DNA of 64,000 nucleotides from Thermoplasmatales archaeon. GTDB lineage: Archaea > Thermoplasmatota > Thermoplasmata > Thermoplasmatales > Thermoplasmataceae. Below are positions 9,249 through 19,264 of the stretch, in pieces (the first letter of the stretch is position 1; every line of letters begins with the position of its first letter). The stretch is from positions 128,807 through 192,806 of the forward strand of contig DAIDBH010000019.1 of the NCBI GenBank assembly GCA_027310185.1, read 5' to 3'. The position numbers and the translations under genes are program-made. The notes below the pieces were generated by a model, which was not told where the DNA came from, made no database searches, and saw only the letters and a list, made by a program, of their open reading frames with translations.

Positions 9249-10214
9249 ATGATAATGATTAATCTATGGAATCCTTTATATGATGGCTTAATTTCTGCCC
9301 TTATAATTTCATATCTATTAGGTATTGTACATGGTATCACTCCGGATGAACACACATGGCCAATCACCTTTTCATATTCTGTAGGAAGTTACAGTACAAG
9401 AGGGGGATTTAAAGCTGGAGCAATGTTTTCGGCTGGATTTACCTTACAGAGATCAATAATGTCAGAAATAGCATACTTTGCACTTGCAGGCATTTTCATG
9501 ACTGCATTAGCTTTTGGAATAACATATGTCCTAGTTGGAATAGCTATGGCCGCAGCCGGCCTCTACATAGCAAGTAGGGGTAAGTATGTTCATTTTCACT
9601 GGATAGAAGAAAATCTTGGAAAACTCTTTCATATTCACTCTAACAATGGAGCTCAGGAAGCAGAGGAAATGCAGCATGAAGCAAATCCGGTTATTCACAA
9701 TCTCAAACCAATTCCAATGAAACTCGCCTTCGCACATGGACTTATAGCAGGCTTTGGTTTTGGAGCTTTCGCGTTAATAATTTATACGGTCCTTGCACCA
9801 GCAATGCCATCACCCTGGCTTGGATTTGCTCCAGGCTTCCTGTTTGGATTGGGAACGATGACGATGCAGATCTTATTTGGAATGGGGTTCGGTAAATGGA
9901 TGCAGGCAAAGAAGGATCTATCAAAAGAGGGTATTGCTTATGTGGCAAAAAGTGTTAGTAGATACGTCCTAACCTATGGCGGATATGCATTCATAATTGT
10001 CGGTGCTGCTATCCTCGCACACCCAAACCTGATGAATTATGGAATAAACACAGGAATAAAGGTGCATAACCTTGATAGTCTGGGAGTAGGATTCTTCCTG
10101 GTGGTTTTCTCCGTCATTATAATAGGCTATATCGGATACAGAAAATCTGTAAAGGAAGCTCAGAAAACTTTCAGGTTAGGCAGGTTGAATGAAGGCAGTC
10201 CCGGTAAAACATAG
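9249..10214 (+). CDS. NiCoT/UreH-like nickel/cobalt permease family membrane protein
   Basis: TM1 LGIVHGITPDEHTWP (HxxxxDxH variant), His-containing cytoplasmic loop, second HG motif AHGLIAGFG, multiple TMs. Confidence 0.65.
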   Translation: MIMINLWNPLYDGLISALIISYLLGIVHGITPDEHTWPITFSYSVGSYSTRGGFKAGAMFSAGFTLQRSIMSEIAYFALAGIFMTALAFGITYVLVGIAMAAAGLYIASRGKYVHFHWIEENLGKLFHIHSNNGAQEAEEMQHEANPVIHNLKPIPMKLAFAHGLIAGFGFGAFALIIYTVLAPAMPSPWLGFAPGFLFGLGTMTMQILFGMGFGKWMQAKKDLSKEGIAYVAKSVSRYVLTYGGYAFIIVGAAILAHPNLMNYGINTGIKVHNLDSLGVGFFLVVFSVIIIGYIGYRKSVKEAQKTFRLGRLNEGSPGKT

Positions 10215-10409
10215 GAATATAACTTCAGAGATATGTGACAGAATTTTTAGAAATATATTTCCCGGGTGAGAAAGTAATCTCACTTTATCAAAATAAATAT
10301 TAAATTCTTTTGTATTTATCCAATAAAAGACTTCTACGGCGAAGCATTGTTGTATGGGCATTTGATTAAAAAATATTTAAATATGAAGTATAATTCTTTC
10401 TTGACAGCA

Positions 10410-11357
10410 TTACGTAGGTCTATGCCCCGATACAAACCTTCTCTTTTCAATAGCTTTTTTAATACAATATGGTGCATAGTATTCAAATAGTTTTACCGCT
10501 TTGGTCTTTAATGATAAAGAAATCTCATCTCTTTTAAATAAGAATCTTAACAATTCACTCAAGGATAATTTTTCTGGTTTCTTCTGTTTTGCAATTATAG
10601 AATAAATGTTTAGATTCAACCTAAATTTTATGGACATATTTAATAGAATCTCCTTAACATGTTCTGTTTTTACTCTTTCTGAGAAGGTCTTTATGTTATC
10701 TAAAAATTCCTGAGAATCCTGGCCATAATGAAGAATTGTTTCATCAAATGTGCCCTTGAATACTGAACTGCTGACATGTAACATATAAATAGTCAACGGC
10801 CTCTTGTCTACAGCAATTTTCCCTCCAGTATCAAGACATGCAAGGTACATGAACGTATCCAGTCCAACAGAAGAATCTAAAATTAAGTCTTGATCGATAG
10901 AACTTTTTCTAATAGATATTGAAGAGAGGTTAAAGTCTGGTCCAAATCCCCCATACTTGAGGAATTTTCCATCCTCATCAATAAACTTACAGGCATTATG
11001 AAAATATACCAGGTTTTTATTATCTGAAAATTCCTGCAATACTGTTTTTAATTTTTCATCATAGAAAGCATCATCATCTTCAAGAAATGAAATAATATCA
11101 TACTTTGACAGCATTACTGCTTCTTTTATCTTCCTGCTAAGTGACTTATTCTCACTGTATACATTTTTATCGCAATTCTGATCAATATATTCGTCTATTT
11201 CCTGGTCTTTGTAGTTCTTTATTACGATGATCTCAAATTCTTTCCTATTAAGTGACTGACTTATCACACTATTGATTGCTTTCTTTATATATTTTCTTCT
11301 ATCATAGGCAATTATTATTACTGATATCATGGCGTTCGCTCTCAACCTGATTGGCAT
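10410..11357 (-). CDS. Glycosyltransferase family 2
   Basis: ISVIIIAYDR...I..AINSV and ISFLEDDD (DxD); probable start at the second Met. Confidence 0.9.
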   Translation of the reverse strand: MPIRLRANAMISVIIIAYDRRKYIKKAINSVISQSLNRKEFEIIVIKNYKDQEIDEYIDQNCDKNVYSENKSLSRKIKEAVMLSKYDIISFLEDDDAFYDEKLKTVLQEFSDNKNLVYFHNACKFIDEDGKFLKYGGFGPDFNLSSISIRKSSIDQDLILDSSVGLDTFMYLACLDTGGKIAVDKRPLTIYMLHVSSSVFKGTFDETILHYGQDSQEFLDNIKTFSERVKTEHVKEILLNMSIKFRLNLNIYSIIAKQKKPEKLSLSELLRFLFKRDEISLSLKTKAVKLFEYYAPYCIKKAIEKRRFVSGHRPT

Positions 11358-11513
11358 AAATTATGGTAATAAAGTCTTTTCAGTTTTCAATTCAGATTGA
11401 GCTACAGTTTATTTATTATTGCGATTCCACTATCGAATTACGGTCTATGTATGTATATCATGGGTAAAATTAAGGCTGGAAAACATTAAACCTTTAACTG
11501 TAATGCTACCTAA

Positions 11514-12458
11514 ATGATCTCAGCGTTCATGGTAATTAGAAATGGCATCTCCCAGGGATATCCGTTTATAGAATCTATAAAATCTGCTCTACCCATAGTC
11601 GATGAATTCCTCATTTCTGACGGGTACTCAGATGATAATACCTATGAAACTCTTTTAAAATGCTTTGGAAACGAAAAAAAAATAAAACTTTATAGGGATA
11701 AGTGGGATAAAAAAAGTATCAACGGTTCTCCCATAAGAAATGCACTTAATAAGGTGCGATATAGATGTTCATTTGAATATATTTTAGAAATTGATGCAAA
11801 TGAAGTCATTCCGAAAGAGGATATAGAATTTATAAGAGGACTTCCTGCACTCTTTCCCAAAGAGGAGTTGTTTGGATTTCCATACTACCAGATTTTAGGT
11901 AGTAGCATACTGTTCCATGAAGAATTTCGATATAGAATGGCAAGGAACCTCAGTGATATTTGCGTACTTTACGACGGCTATACCATGGGATACAGATATA
12001 CAATAAAAGAACTAATCAACAGGAGAACATTGAGGAGGTTGAAAAGTAGATTTACAACAATGATTGCTGAGGGGAGGCAAGTAGGGCTGTCAATTCCGCA
12101 GGTTACTATATATTTAAGCAAACCTATATTTCGTTATTATTCATTATTTCCATATAATTTTTTTGAGAAAATGAAATCAAAGCAATTCTTGCAGCCTTTA
12201 AAAAATTATAAAATTATAGGGAATAAGGATGGCAATTCACCATTTAAGGCGCCTTATGATCAGTACCTGATCGATAATAACTATGAAAAATTTTGGGAAG
12301 ACGTGTACGAAATCCATAAGGACCTAAAGAAAGAGGGCGTTAAGTTCAACAAAGAGTTTATTGAAAAGAGGATTATTGATGAAATTGAGCAACCTGAGAT
12401 TATCAGACATCAGTTCGGAAAGGACAGGTATGAACCAAATTGTGAGATTCAAAAATAA
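11514..12458 (+). CDS. GT-A fold glycosyltransferase (GT2-like)
   Basis: SIKSALPIVDEFLISDGYSDDNT and ILEIDANE motifs. Confidence 0.8.
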   Translation: MISAFMVIRNGISQGYPFIESIKSALPIVDEFLISDGYSDDNTYETLLKCFGNEKKIKLYRDKWDKKSINGSPIRNALNKVRYRCSFEYILEIDANEVIPKEDIEFIRGLPALFPKEELFGFPYYQILGSSILFHEEFRYRMARNLSDICVLYDGYTMGYRYTIKELINRRTLRRLKSRFTTMIAEGRQVGLSIPQVTIYLSKPIFRYYSLFPYNFFEKMKSKQFLQPLKNYKIIGNKDGNSPFKAPYDQYLIDNNYEKFWEDVYEIHKDLKKEGVKFNKEFIEKRIIDEIEQPEIIRHQFGKDRYEPNCEIQK

Positions 12459-12566
12459 AACTGGCATAAAGGATTTTATCCTATCGTCACGGTCATAATA
12501 AAATCTAAAAGGAGTTATGAGGATTACCCTGCAAGAATACTGATAAATCAATAAATATATATTACC

Positions 12567-13016
12567 ATGACATACATTCAGGTGAATCTAAAAGAATCTC
12601 TAAGTAACGATCACAAGGACGTATTTGTTACATTGTATAAAATAGAAGAAGGATTGAAAAATGGAGAACTTGATCTGGATTTATTCGAGGAGTTTGAAAG
12701 GAAACTTAAAGATCATATCTATACTGAAGAAACTTTGGTCTTCCCCATGTTATTGACAGAGTTAGACTTAAGAAAGGAAGTTTCTGGATTTGAGATGGAA
12801 CACGCGGCTATGTGGAGATTAATTGATCTTATAAATAAAGAAATTGATGAGAAAAAGTTTGAAAAGACTCTCAAATATTTTGACGAAATAGATAGAATAC
12901 TAAAGAATCATAACGAAAGAGAGGAGGAATACATCTATTCTAAAATAGAGGAAGGTTCGGTACAGAAGAAATCAAAGAGACCTGAAAACTGGAAGTGCAC
13001 AAAATTCTCGAAGTAG
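12567..13016 (+). CDS. Hemerythrin-domain protein
   Basis: DH, HIYTEE..VFP, EH and HNEREE ligand pattern. Confidence 0.88.
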   Translation: MTYIQVNLKESLSNDHKDVFVTLYKIEEGLKNGELDLDLFEEFERKLKDHIYTEETLVFPMLLTELDLRKEVSGFEMEHAAMWRLIDLINKEIDEKKFEKTLKYFDEIDRILKNHNEREEEYIYSKIEEGSVQKKSKRPENWKCTKFSK

Positions 13017-13118
13017 ATCAATTATTTTTTTCACTAAGTTCTATGAACTTTTGGCTTTACAGGTTCTCTGCTTAATAAAAAGGTTAAAGCATATATCCAT
13101 TAATTAAATTATCTCATC

Positions 13119-14837
13119 ATGACCCAGATAGATAATTTCTACAAAAAGAAATTTGAAGAAGCTGAAAAGAGGGCCAGTAAACCTGAGGATTCAAAAGAGA
13201 AGAGATGGAGAAACTCTACACTGGAAACATGGAACAGTAAAACCGGTTACAGTGAGAAAGAATATGTTAATTCATCCAGCATAAGAATTAAAGAACTTTA
13301 CACATCTGATGACCTTCCCGGCAATGAAGAAACCATGCTGGGATATCCTGGCGAGTATCCATTCACCCGGGGAGTGTATCCTAACATGTACCGAGGAAAA
13401 TACTGGACGATGAGGATGTTTTCAGGTTTTGGCACCCCAGAAGATACCAATACTAGATTAAAATACCTTATTTCTCATGGAGAAACAGGCCTAAGTATAG
13501 CATTTGACATGCCAACTCTGTATGCGTATGACTGTGATAACATCCGGGCAGAAGGGGAAATTGGTAAGTGTGGTGTAAATGTAACATCGCTAAAGGACAT
13601 GGAAGTAGTTTTTGACGGAATAGATCTTTCTAAGGTAACAACGTCAATGACCATAAATGCCCCTGCAGCCGTTCTTACCGCTATGTATTTTGCAATAGCG
13701 CAGAAGCAGGGAATAAGCCTTGATAAAATAGGTGGAACTGTACAGGCCGATATATTGAAGGAATATATAGCCCAGAAAGAATGGATATATCCACCAGAAG
13801 CCCACCTGAGAATTATAAAAGATATGATGGTTTACTGCACAGAAAATGCTCCAAAATGGAACTACATAAGTATTTCTGGATACCACATAAGGGAGGCTGG
13901 AGCAAGTGCTGTTCAGGAACTTGCATTCACACTTGCCGACGGATTTTATTACGTGGACATGGGGATAAAGGCAGGGCTTGATCCAAATAAATTTGCACCG
14001 AGACTGTCATTCTTCTTTAATTCTTCCATTAATCTCTTTGAAGAGATAGCTAAAATGAGGGCAGCAAGAAGAATATGGGCAACAGTTCTGAAGGAGAAAT
14101 TTGGAGTGACTGACCCGAGGGCACAGATGCTTCGTTTTCACACCCAAACATCCGGATATACATTAACATGGCAGCAACCGCTCAATAACATCGTCAGAAC
14201 AACTGTTGAAGCTATGGCAGCTGTTCTGGGGGGAACTCAAAGTTTGCACACCAATTCATATGATGAAGCAATGGCACTGCCATCTGAAGATGCTGTGAAG
14301 ATAGCACTCAGAACGCAGCAGATTCTGGCAGAGGAAACTGGAATAGCCGATACCATTGACCCACTCGCAGGTTCATACTACATGGAAGCATTAACAAACA
14401 AGATAGAAGAGGAAGCCTACAGGTATTTTGACAAGATTGAATCAATGGGTGGAATCCTCAACGCAGTAAAGAATGGGTATATACAGAGGGAAATAGCTGC
14501 AACATCCTACAGGAGACAGAAAAGACTGGAATCCGGAGAGGAAATAATGGTTGGAGTGAATAAGTATGTTGAAGAGAATGAGAAACCAATCAATATCCTG
14601 AAGATATCAAGGGAAGCAGAGCAAATACAGATTGCGAGATTGAAAAAGGTTAAGGAGTCGAGGAATGAGGAAAAAGTTAAGAAAACACTGGATGAATTGA
14701 AGAATGCATTCAGAAACGAGAGTGAAAATATAATGCCCTATCTTATTGAAGCTGCAAAGGCATATGCTACGATAGAGGAAATATCAAACGTTGGGAGGGA
14801 AATATATGGTGGATGGAAAGAACCAGTCATTGTTTAA
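13119..14837 (+). CDS. B12-dependent acyl-CoA mutase large subunit (MCM family; isobutyryl-CoA mutase-type active site)
   Basis: PGEYPFTRGVY, GLSIAFDMPT, ISISGYHIREAGA and GTQSLHTNSYDEA; F101 and Q219 occupy the Y89/R207 specificity positions. Confidence 0.95.
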   Translation: MTQIDNFYKKKFEEAEKRASKPEDSKEKRWRNSTLETWNSKTGYSEKEYVNSSSIRIKELYTSDDLPGNEETMLGYPGEYPFTRGVYPNMYRGKYWTMRMFSGFGTPEDTNTRLKYLISHGETGLSIAFDMPTLYAYDCDNIRAEGEIGKCGVNVTSLKDMEVVFDGIDLSKVTTSMTINAPAAVLTAMYFAIAQKQGISLDKIGGTVQADILKEYIAQKEWIYPPEAHLRIIKDMMVYCTENAPKWNYISISGYHIREAGASAVQELAFTLADGFYYVDMGIKAGLDPNKFAPRLSFFFNSSINLFEEIAKMRAARRIWATVLKEKFGVTDPRAQMLRFHTQTSGYTLTWQQPLNNIVRTTVEAMAAVLGGTQSLHTNSYDEAMALPSEDAVKIALRTQQILAEETGIADTIDPLAGSYYMEALTNKIEEEAYRYFDKIESMGGILNAVKNGYIQREIAATSYRRQKRLESGEEIMVGVNKYVEENEKPINILKISREAEQIQIARLKKVKESRNEEKVKKTLDELKNAFRNESENIMPYLIEAAKAYATIEEISNVGREIYGGWKEPVIV

Positions 14838-15252
14838 GGATAAACCGATAAAAATACTACTCGCCAAACCAGGGATTGATGGGCATGACAGGGGGATACT
14901 TGTCCTCGCTAAGGCTTTCAGGGATGCCGGAATGGAAGTACTTTATGCTGGGCTTCTTCCAACACCTGAAGAGGTGATAGATACTGCGGTTAATGAAGAT
15001 GTAGATGTTGTTGCATTGAGCTTATTGAACGGGGCCCATATGACAGTTTTCAAGAAGGTAGCTGAAATAATGAAATCAAGAAATATAGATGATATAGCAC
15101 TTGTTGGGGGAGGAACAATACCGGATGAGGATAAGCCCGAGCTCGAAAAAATGGGGATAACTGGTAATTACGGACCCGGTACGCCACTATCAGTTATTAT
15201 CGATCATGTGACTAAAAGGGCAAATGAAGCAAGGGAAAGGAAGCTCAGGTGA
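14806..15252 (+). CDS. Acyl-CoA mutase small, cobalamin-binding subunit
   Basis: KPGIDGHDRG (DxHxxG), SLLNGAH and GGGTIP motifs. Confidence 0.93.
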   Translation: MVDGKNQSLFKDKPIKILLAKPGIDGHDRGILVLAKAFRDAGMEVLYAGLLPTPEEVIDTAVNEDVDVVALSLLNGAHMTVFKKVAEIMKSRNIDDIALVGGGTIPDEDKPELEKMGITGNYGPGTPLSVIIDHVTKRANEARERKLR

Positions 15253-16201
15253 TTTCACGGATATAGATGATCTGATCAGAAGGATTAGAACTGGAGATAA
15301 GCAGGCAATAGCGAGGTCCATTTCACTTGTTGAAGGAGCGAATACAGTTCTCAAGAAGGAACTTCTTACTAAACTTTACCCATACACGGGTCATTCTCAG
15401 GTAGTAGGTATTACGGGCCCTCCTGGAATAGGTAAAAGCACTCTTATCGGGAATGTATCCTCACTGATCACGAATTCTGGAAAGACTGTTGCAGTACTTG
15501 CTATTGACGCCTCAAGTCCATATACGGGTGGTTCGTTATTAGGAAACAGGATCAGAATGCAGGATCATCTATGGGAAAATAAGATTTACATGAGGAGTCT
15601 GGCAAATAGGGGTTCAAAGGGTGGGCTTGCTGATGCAGCTCTCGGTTCTGTGAGTATTCTTGATGCATCTGGTTTTGATTACATAATTATAGAAACTGTT
15701 GGTGCCGGTCAGGCTGATCTTGACATAATGAATCTTGCTGATACAACTGTACTTGTCCTCGCACCTGGACTTGGAGATCAGGTACAGGCTATTAAAGCTG
15801 GAATAATGGAAATTGCAGACATTTTTGACATAAATAAGATGGACAGGGATGGTGCCTATTTTGCAATGAAAGACATAGAGGAAACGCTGTCACTTGATGA
15901 GAATAGGGGATTTGCTAGAGAGGTGGTCGGTTCAACTAACACGAGCCCTGAAAGTTACAAAGGGCTTCTTGAAGCCATCAATAGACACAGAAAATATCTC
16001 GAAGATATGGAATCTCTGGGAAAGAAAAGGCTTGATTTCGGATTGAAGTGGGTACTAGAATCGGAGCTCAAGGAAAAACTGATAGACCCTATCATTCAGA
16101 AATTTCACCAGAGGGAAAACGAAAAAAATGTCAATTATTATAAAGAGGTAGATTTCTTAATTGCGAGTATGGATATAAGAAATCTATTAGAAAAAATATA
16201 G
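15224..16201 (+). CDS. meaB: Mutase-associated GTPase chaperone MeaB
   Basis: GITGPPGIGKST, GGSLLGNRIRM, ETVGAGQ and INKMD. Confidence 0.93.
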   Translation: MKQGKGSSGDFTDIDDLIRRIRTGDKQAIARSISLVEGANTVLKKELLTKLYPYTGHSQVVGITGPPGIGKSTLIGNVSSLITNSGKTVAVLAIDASSPYTGGSLLGNRIRMQDHLWENKIYMRSLANRGSKGGLADAALGSVSILDASGFDYIIIETVGAGQADLDIMNLADTTVLVLAPGLGDQVQAIKAGIMEIADIFDINKMDRDGAYFAMKDIEETLSLDENRGFAREVVGSTNTSPESYKGLLEAINRHRKYLEDMESLGKKRLDFGLKWVLESELKEKLIDPIIQKFHQRENEKNVNYYKEVDFLIASMDIRNLLEKI

Positions 16202-16484
16202 TATCTAAGAACATCATTATCTTTCTTACATTAAATTTCCTGCATAAACCACTTTTTCCGGAAATAGTTGGCAGAACTTTCACCATCGATAAATATCTGG
16301 TATATTTTAAAAACCTAGGTAAACCATTTTTGTACGGTAGCGATATAAAAAATTTACATAGATAGCTTTTTAACGTTGCTTAATAGTTCATATAGCTTGA
16401 GAAATTAAAGAAAACTTAAGTCATGTTAAGATCCTTCTAATGACTCAAATTAATTTTTTCTGTATTTATTTTCCTTAATAAAGC

Positions 16485-16492
16485 TTTAAATA
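16485..16492 (+). promoter_or_regulatory. TATA box of hsp20 (probably a leaderless transcript)
   Basis: TTTAAATA preceded by an A-rich BRE-like stretch, beginning 29 nt upstream of the ATG at 16514. Confidence 0.55.
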
Positions 16493-16513
16493 AGTTATTG
16501 AAATATTTAGTTT

Positions 16514-16903
16514 ATGACTACAATTTATGGACCGTTGAAATTTATGGCTGATGAATTCATGAAGAATGTGAATGAAAGGGCGAAAGAAGTTCTTACCTAT
16601 CTTTATCCACCAGTTAGAATGTATGAAGAGAATGGGGAGATTGTAATTGAGGCAGATATGCCTGGATTCGACAAGAAAGATATAAAGGTAACTTCAAGCA
16701 AGATGTCCATAGAGATTTCAGCATCAAGAAAATCTCCAGAAAATGTCAACATGCTACTTGACCAAAGACCCGATAAACTCTGGAAATCGGTAAGGCTTCC
16801 TGTTGAGCTTGATCACGATGCTGCGGTTTCTGCGAAATACACATCAGGAGTTCTTTACATAAGGGCGCCAATTAAGGGCTTAAAGACAGTAAAGATAGAA
16901 TGA
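16514..16903 (+). CDS. hsp20: Small heat shock protein (Hsp20/alpha-crystallin)
   Basis: ADMPGFDKKDIKV, VRLP, AKYTSGVLYI and C-terminal VKIE (IxI motif). Confidence 0.92.
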   Translation: MTTIYGPLKFMADEFMKNVNERAKEVLTYLYPPVRMYEENGEIVIEADMPGFDKKDIKVTSSKMSIEISASRKSPENVNMLLDQRPDKLWKSVRLPVELDHDAAVSAKYTSGVLYIRAPIKGLKTVKIE

Positions 16904-16982
16904 GAATTCTATTATTCTTTTATTTTTATTTTAAGCAGTAACTTTATACATAGTTATTTAAAGTCTGACAATATATACTATT

Positions 16983-17363
16983 ATGGATTTATTAGGAATG
17001 CTTAGCGTTGCCACAATGACGGCTACGAGCTCGACAGGTTCCCTTACTCTGTCATCGGTTCTAAGTAATCCGCTGGTTGAACTGGCACTAATATTCATAG
17101 ATGGATTACTGTTTGGATTGGGAATTAAGAAGGGTGTATGGTCGGTCATCCTTATAGTAGTTGCAGTGCTCTTATCAGAATACATCAACTATTCAGTATT
17201 GCCAAAAGCTTCCCTGTCTACATTCTATGACGATGTAAAAGCTCACATAGATTACATAATTGCAAATATTAACAAGATAATCCCGTTTTCCAATTTGGGT
17301 GCGGTTTCAATATCGCTGATACTGTTCATCGTGGGTTTTATAGTCGGATATCTTAAAGGATGA
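16983..17363 (+). CDS. Small membrane protein, FUN14-like
   Basis: GLLFGLGIKKG followed by a TM, and terminal FIVGFIVGYLKG, resemble FUN14-family motifs. Confidence 0.55.
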   Translation: MDLLGMLSVATMTATSSTGSLTLSSVLSNPLVELALIFIDGLLFGLGIKKGVWSVILIVVAVLLSEYINYSVLPKASLSTFYDDVKAHIDYIIANINKIIPFSNLGAVSISLILFIVGFIVGYLKG

Positions 17364-17421
17364 GAAAATTCTTGTATCCAACTAGATTACGTTTGAAATT
17401 TTTCTTTTTCAGTCAAACAAA

Positions 17422-17436
17422 GGAAAACCTTTTATT
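17422..17436 (+). promoter_or_regulatory. BRE/TATA-like promoter of the ESCRT-like operon
   Basis: GGAAAA followed by CTTTTATT, about 27-40 nt upstream of the ATG at 17463. Confidence 0.45.
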
Positions 17437-17462
17437 CTAATTTAAATTGATTTGATGATCAT

Positions 17463-18065
17463 ATGCCTTTATTTAATAGTAGAAAACCGAAAGGTCTCGA
17501 AAGCCTTTCTCCCGATGAACTTGAAAATTTGATTCAGCAGACGAGGACTGAGATTTCCCTTATAGAGAAGGATAATGAGAGAAAACAGGAAAAGTTTAAT
17601 TCACTAATGAAAGAGGGTAGCAAGGTTTCTGGTTCAAAAAGAGTTCAGATTGCACAGGAACTTGAGTTACTGGAAAGGAAAATTCACTCCAATGAGAACC
17701 AGATCATGAACCATACAAAGAGAATTGAGCTGATGCAGGAGGTAAAGGAATCAAAGACTTCCGTTTCATCAAGCAGTATAGATACAATCATTTCGAGGAC
17801 TGATTCCAATGCAATTAAAACGAACATTCTTCAATCCAAAACAAAAAGTAAGGTGGCCCTTCAGAAGACGGATGATCTCCTGAACACAGTAAGAGACCTC
17901 CAAATTGAAGATGATCAGGGTGCCTCTGTCATGGGTAGCAAGTATATGGAGATGTTCAAGGAAATGGACAGGAATGATAACTCACTTAAGCCTGGAAAAG
18001 TTAAGAAATCAGATGTGGAAGAAAACACCGGAGAAGATACAGAAGGTGATGTAAAAGGGGAGTGA
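17463..18065 (+). CDS. ESCRT-III/Snf7-like coiled-coil protein 1
   Basis: 200 aa; N-terminal MPLFNSRK hydrophobic-basic leader, long helical hairpin, acidic tail; first gene of an operon with Vps4-like ATPases. Confidence 0.55.
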   Translation: MPLFNSRKPKGLESLSPDELENLIQQTRTEISLIEKDNERKQEKFNSLMKEGSKVSGSKRVQIAQELELLERKIHSNENQIMNHTKRIELMQEVKESKTSVSSSSIDTIISRTDSNAIKTNILQSKTKSKVALQKTDDLLNTVRDLQIEDDQGASVMGSKYMEMFKEMDRNDNSLKPGKVKKSDVEENTGEDTEGDVKGE

Positions 18066-18070
18066 AATAA

Positions 18071-19264
18071 TTGGATTCGGACTACCTGCAGATTGGAGGC
18101 TTAAAGAAGATAATAGCTGATGATATAAAGATGGAAACTACCCTGGAGGAGAAGGGGAAGATCAGGGAAAGTATCACAATGTGTGATAAAATTATAAGTA
18201 ACCTAAAAATGCTGAAAAAACTTGATGGGAACAGTGTATCATATGATTCACTGATAAAATCATGGGAGAAAAGGAAGGAAGAAATTTCTAATTCCAATCC
18301 TGATACTCTGAAGAAACAGGAAAAGAGGGTTGAAAACAGGAAGACGAGCAAAGGTCTTATAGGACAGATGGAACAGGAATTCAGGAGCAGGATAATTGCT
18401 CTCATCAGTGACTCTAACGTGAAGTGGTCTGAGATCGGTGGTTTGGAGGAGCAGAAGGAGCTTATCAAGGAGGCCGTTTTTTTTTCCATGGCTCAACCTG
18501 ATCTTGATGTTAAGGTACCAAACCTGAGAAACATATTATTATTCGGTCCACCGGGAACTGGCAAGACTACCATTGCAAAGGCTATCAGTTCAAATATAGA
18601 TGCAACCTTTTTCAATGTGCCTGTTTCGGAATTAATTTCCCGCTATGTCGGTGATTCCGAGAGGATAGTTTCTGCACTTTACTCGGTTGCGAAGGAGAAG
18701 GCACCATCAGTGGTATTCCTCGATGAAATTGAATCACTCCTGAGACAGAGAGGTGATGGGAACAAGAATGCTGGTGCCGTTCTGCAACAATTTCTGTCAC
18801 AGCTTGACGGCTTCTCTACAGATGATAGTTTTATAATGACTGTTGCTGCTACAAATGTACCGTGGGAACTTGACCAGGCTATCTTATCGAGGTTTGAGAA
18901 GAGAATATACATCGGGTTGCCTGATGCTGAGACAAGAAGAAAGATAATAAATATACATACAACAGGAAAGGGTTATCAGGTGGAAGAATCTCTTGACAAT
19001 ATCGTAGATAGTACAGACGGTTTTTCAGGGCGGGACCTATTTTACCTTTGCTCTGAGGCGATAAGGAATATGTTGAGGAGAACAAACAGGGGAATCATGG
19101 AAGACAAGGACAGGGTTATAGGCGGTTCTGAAAAGGTAACCTATAGAGTTAACCCGATAACAAAACAAGACTTTGATGCTGCGCTGTCCAAGATAAAGCC
19201 TGCGGTAAATGAGGAAATGAGCAAAAAATATTATAAATGGAAGGAGGAATACGCAAATAACTGA
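18071..19264 (+). CDS. Vps4/CdvC-like AAA ATPase with N-terminal MIT-like domain
   Basis: VKWSEIGGL, GPPGTGKT, FLDEIE and ATNVPWELDQAILSRFEKRIYI (short, meiotic-clade SRH). The N-terminus EEKGKIRESI...IISNL...WEKRKEEI is MIT-like. Confidence 0.85.
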   Translation: MDSDYLQIGGLKKIIADDIKMETTLEEKGKIRESITMCDKIISNLKMLKKLDGNSVSYDSLIKSWEKRKEEISNSNPDTLKKQEKRVENRKTSKGLIGQMEQEFRSRIIALISDSNVKWSEIGGLEEQKELIKEAVFFSMAQPDLDVKVPNLRNILLFGPPGTGKTTIAKAISSNIDATFFNVPVSELISRYVGDSERIVSALYSVAKEKAPSVVFLDEIESLLRQRGDGNKNAGAVLQQFLSQLDGFSTDDSFIMTVAATNVPWELDQAILSRFEKRIYIGLPDAETRRKIINIHTTGKGYQVEESLDNIVDSTDGFSGRDLFYLCSEAIRNMLRRTNRGIMEDKDRVIGGSEKVTYRVNPITKQDFDAALSKIKPAVNEEMSKKYYKWKEEYANN

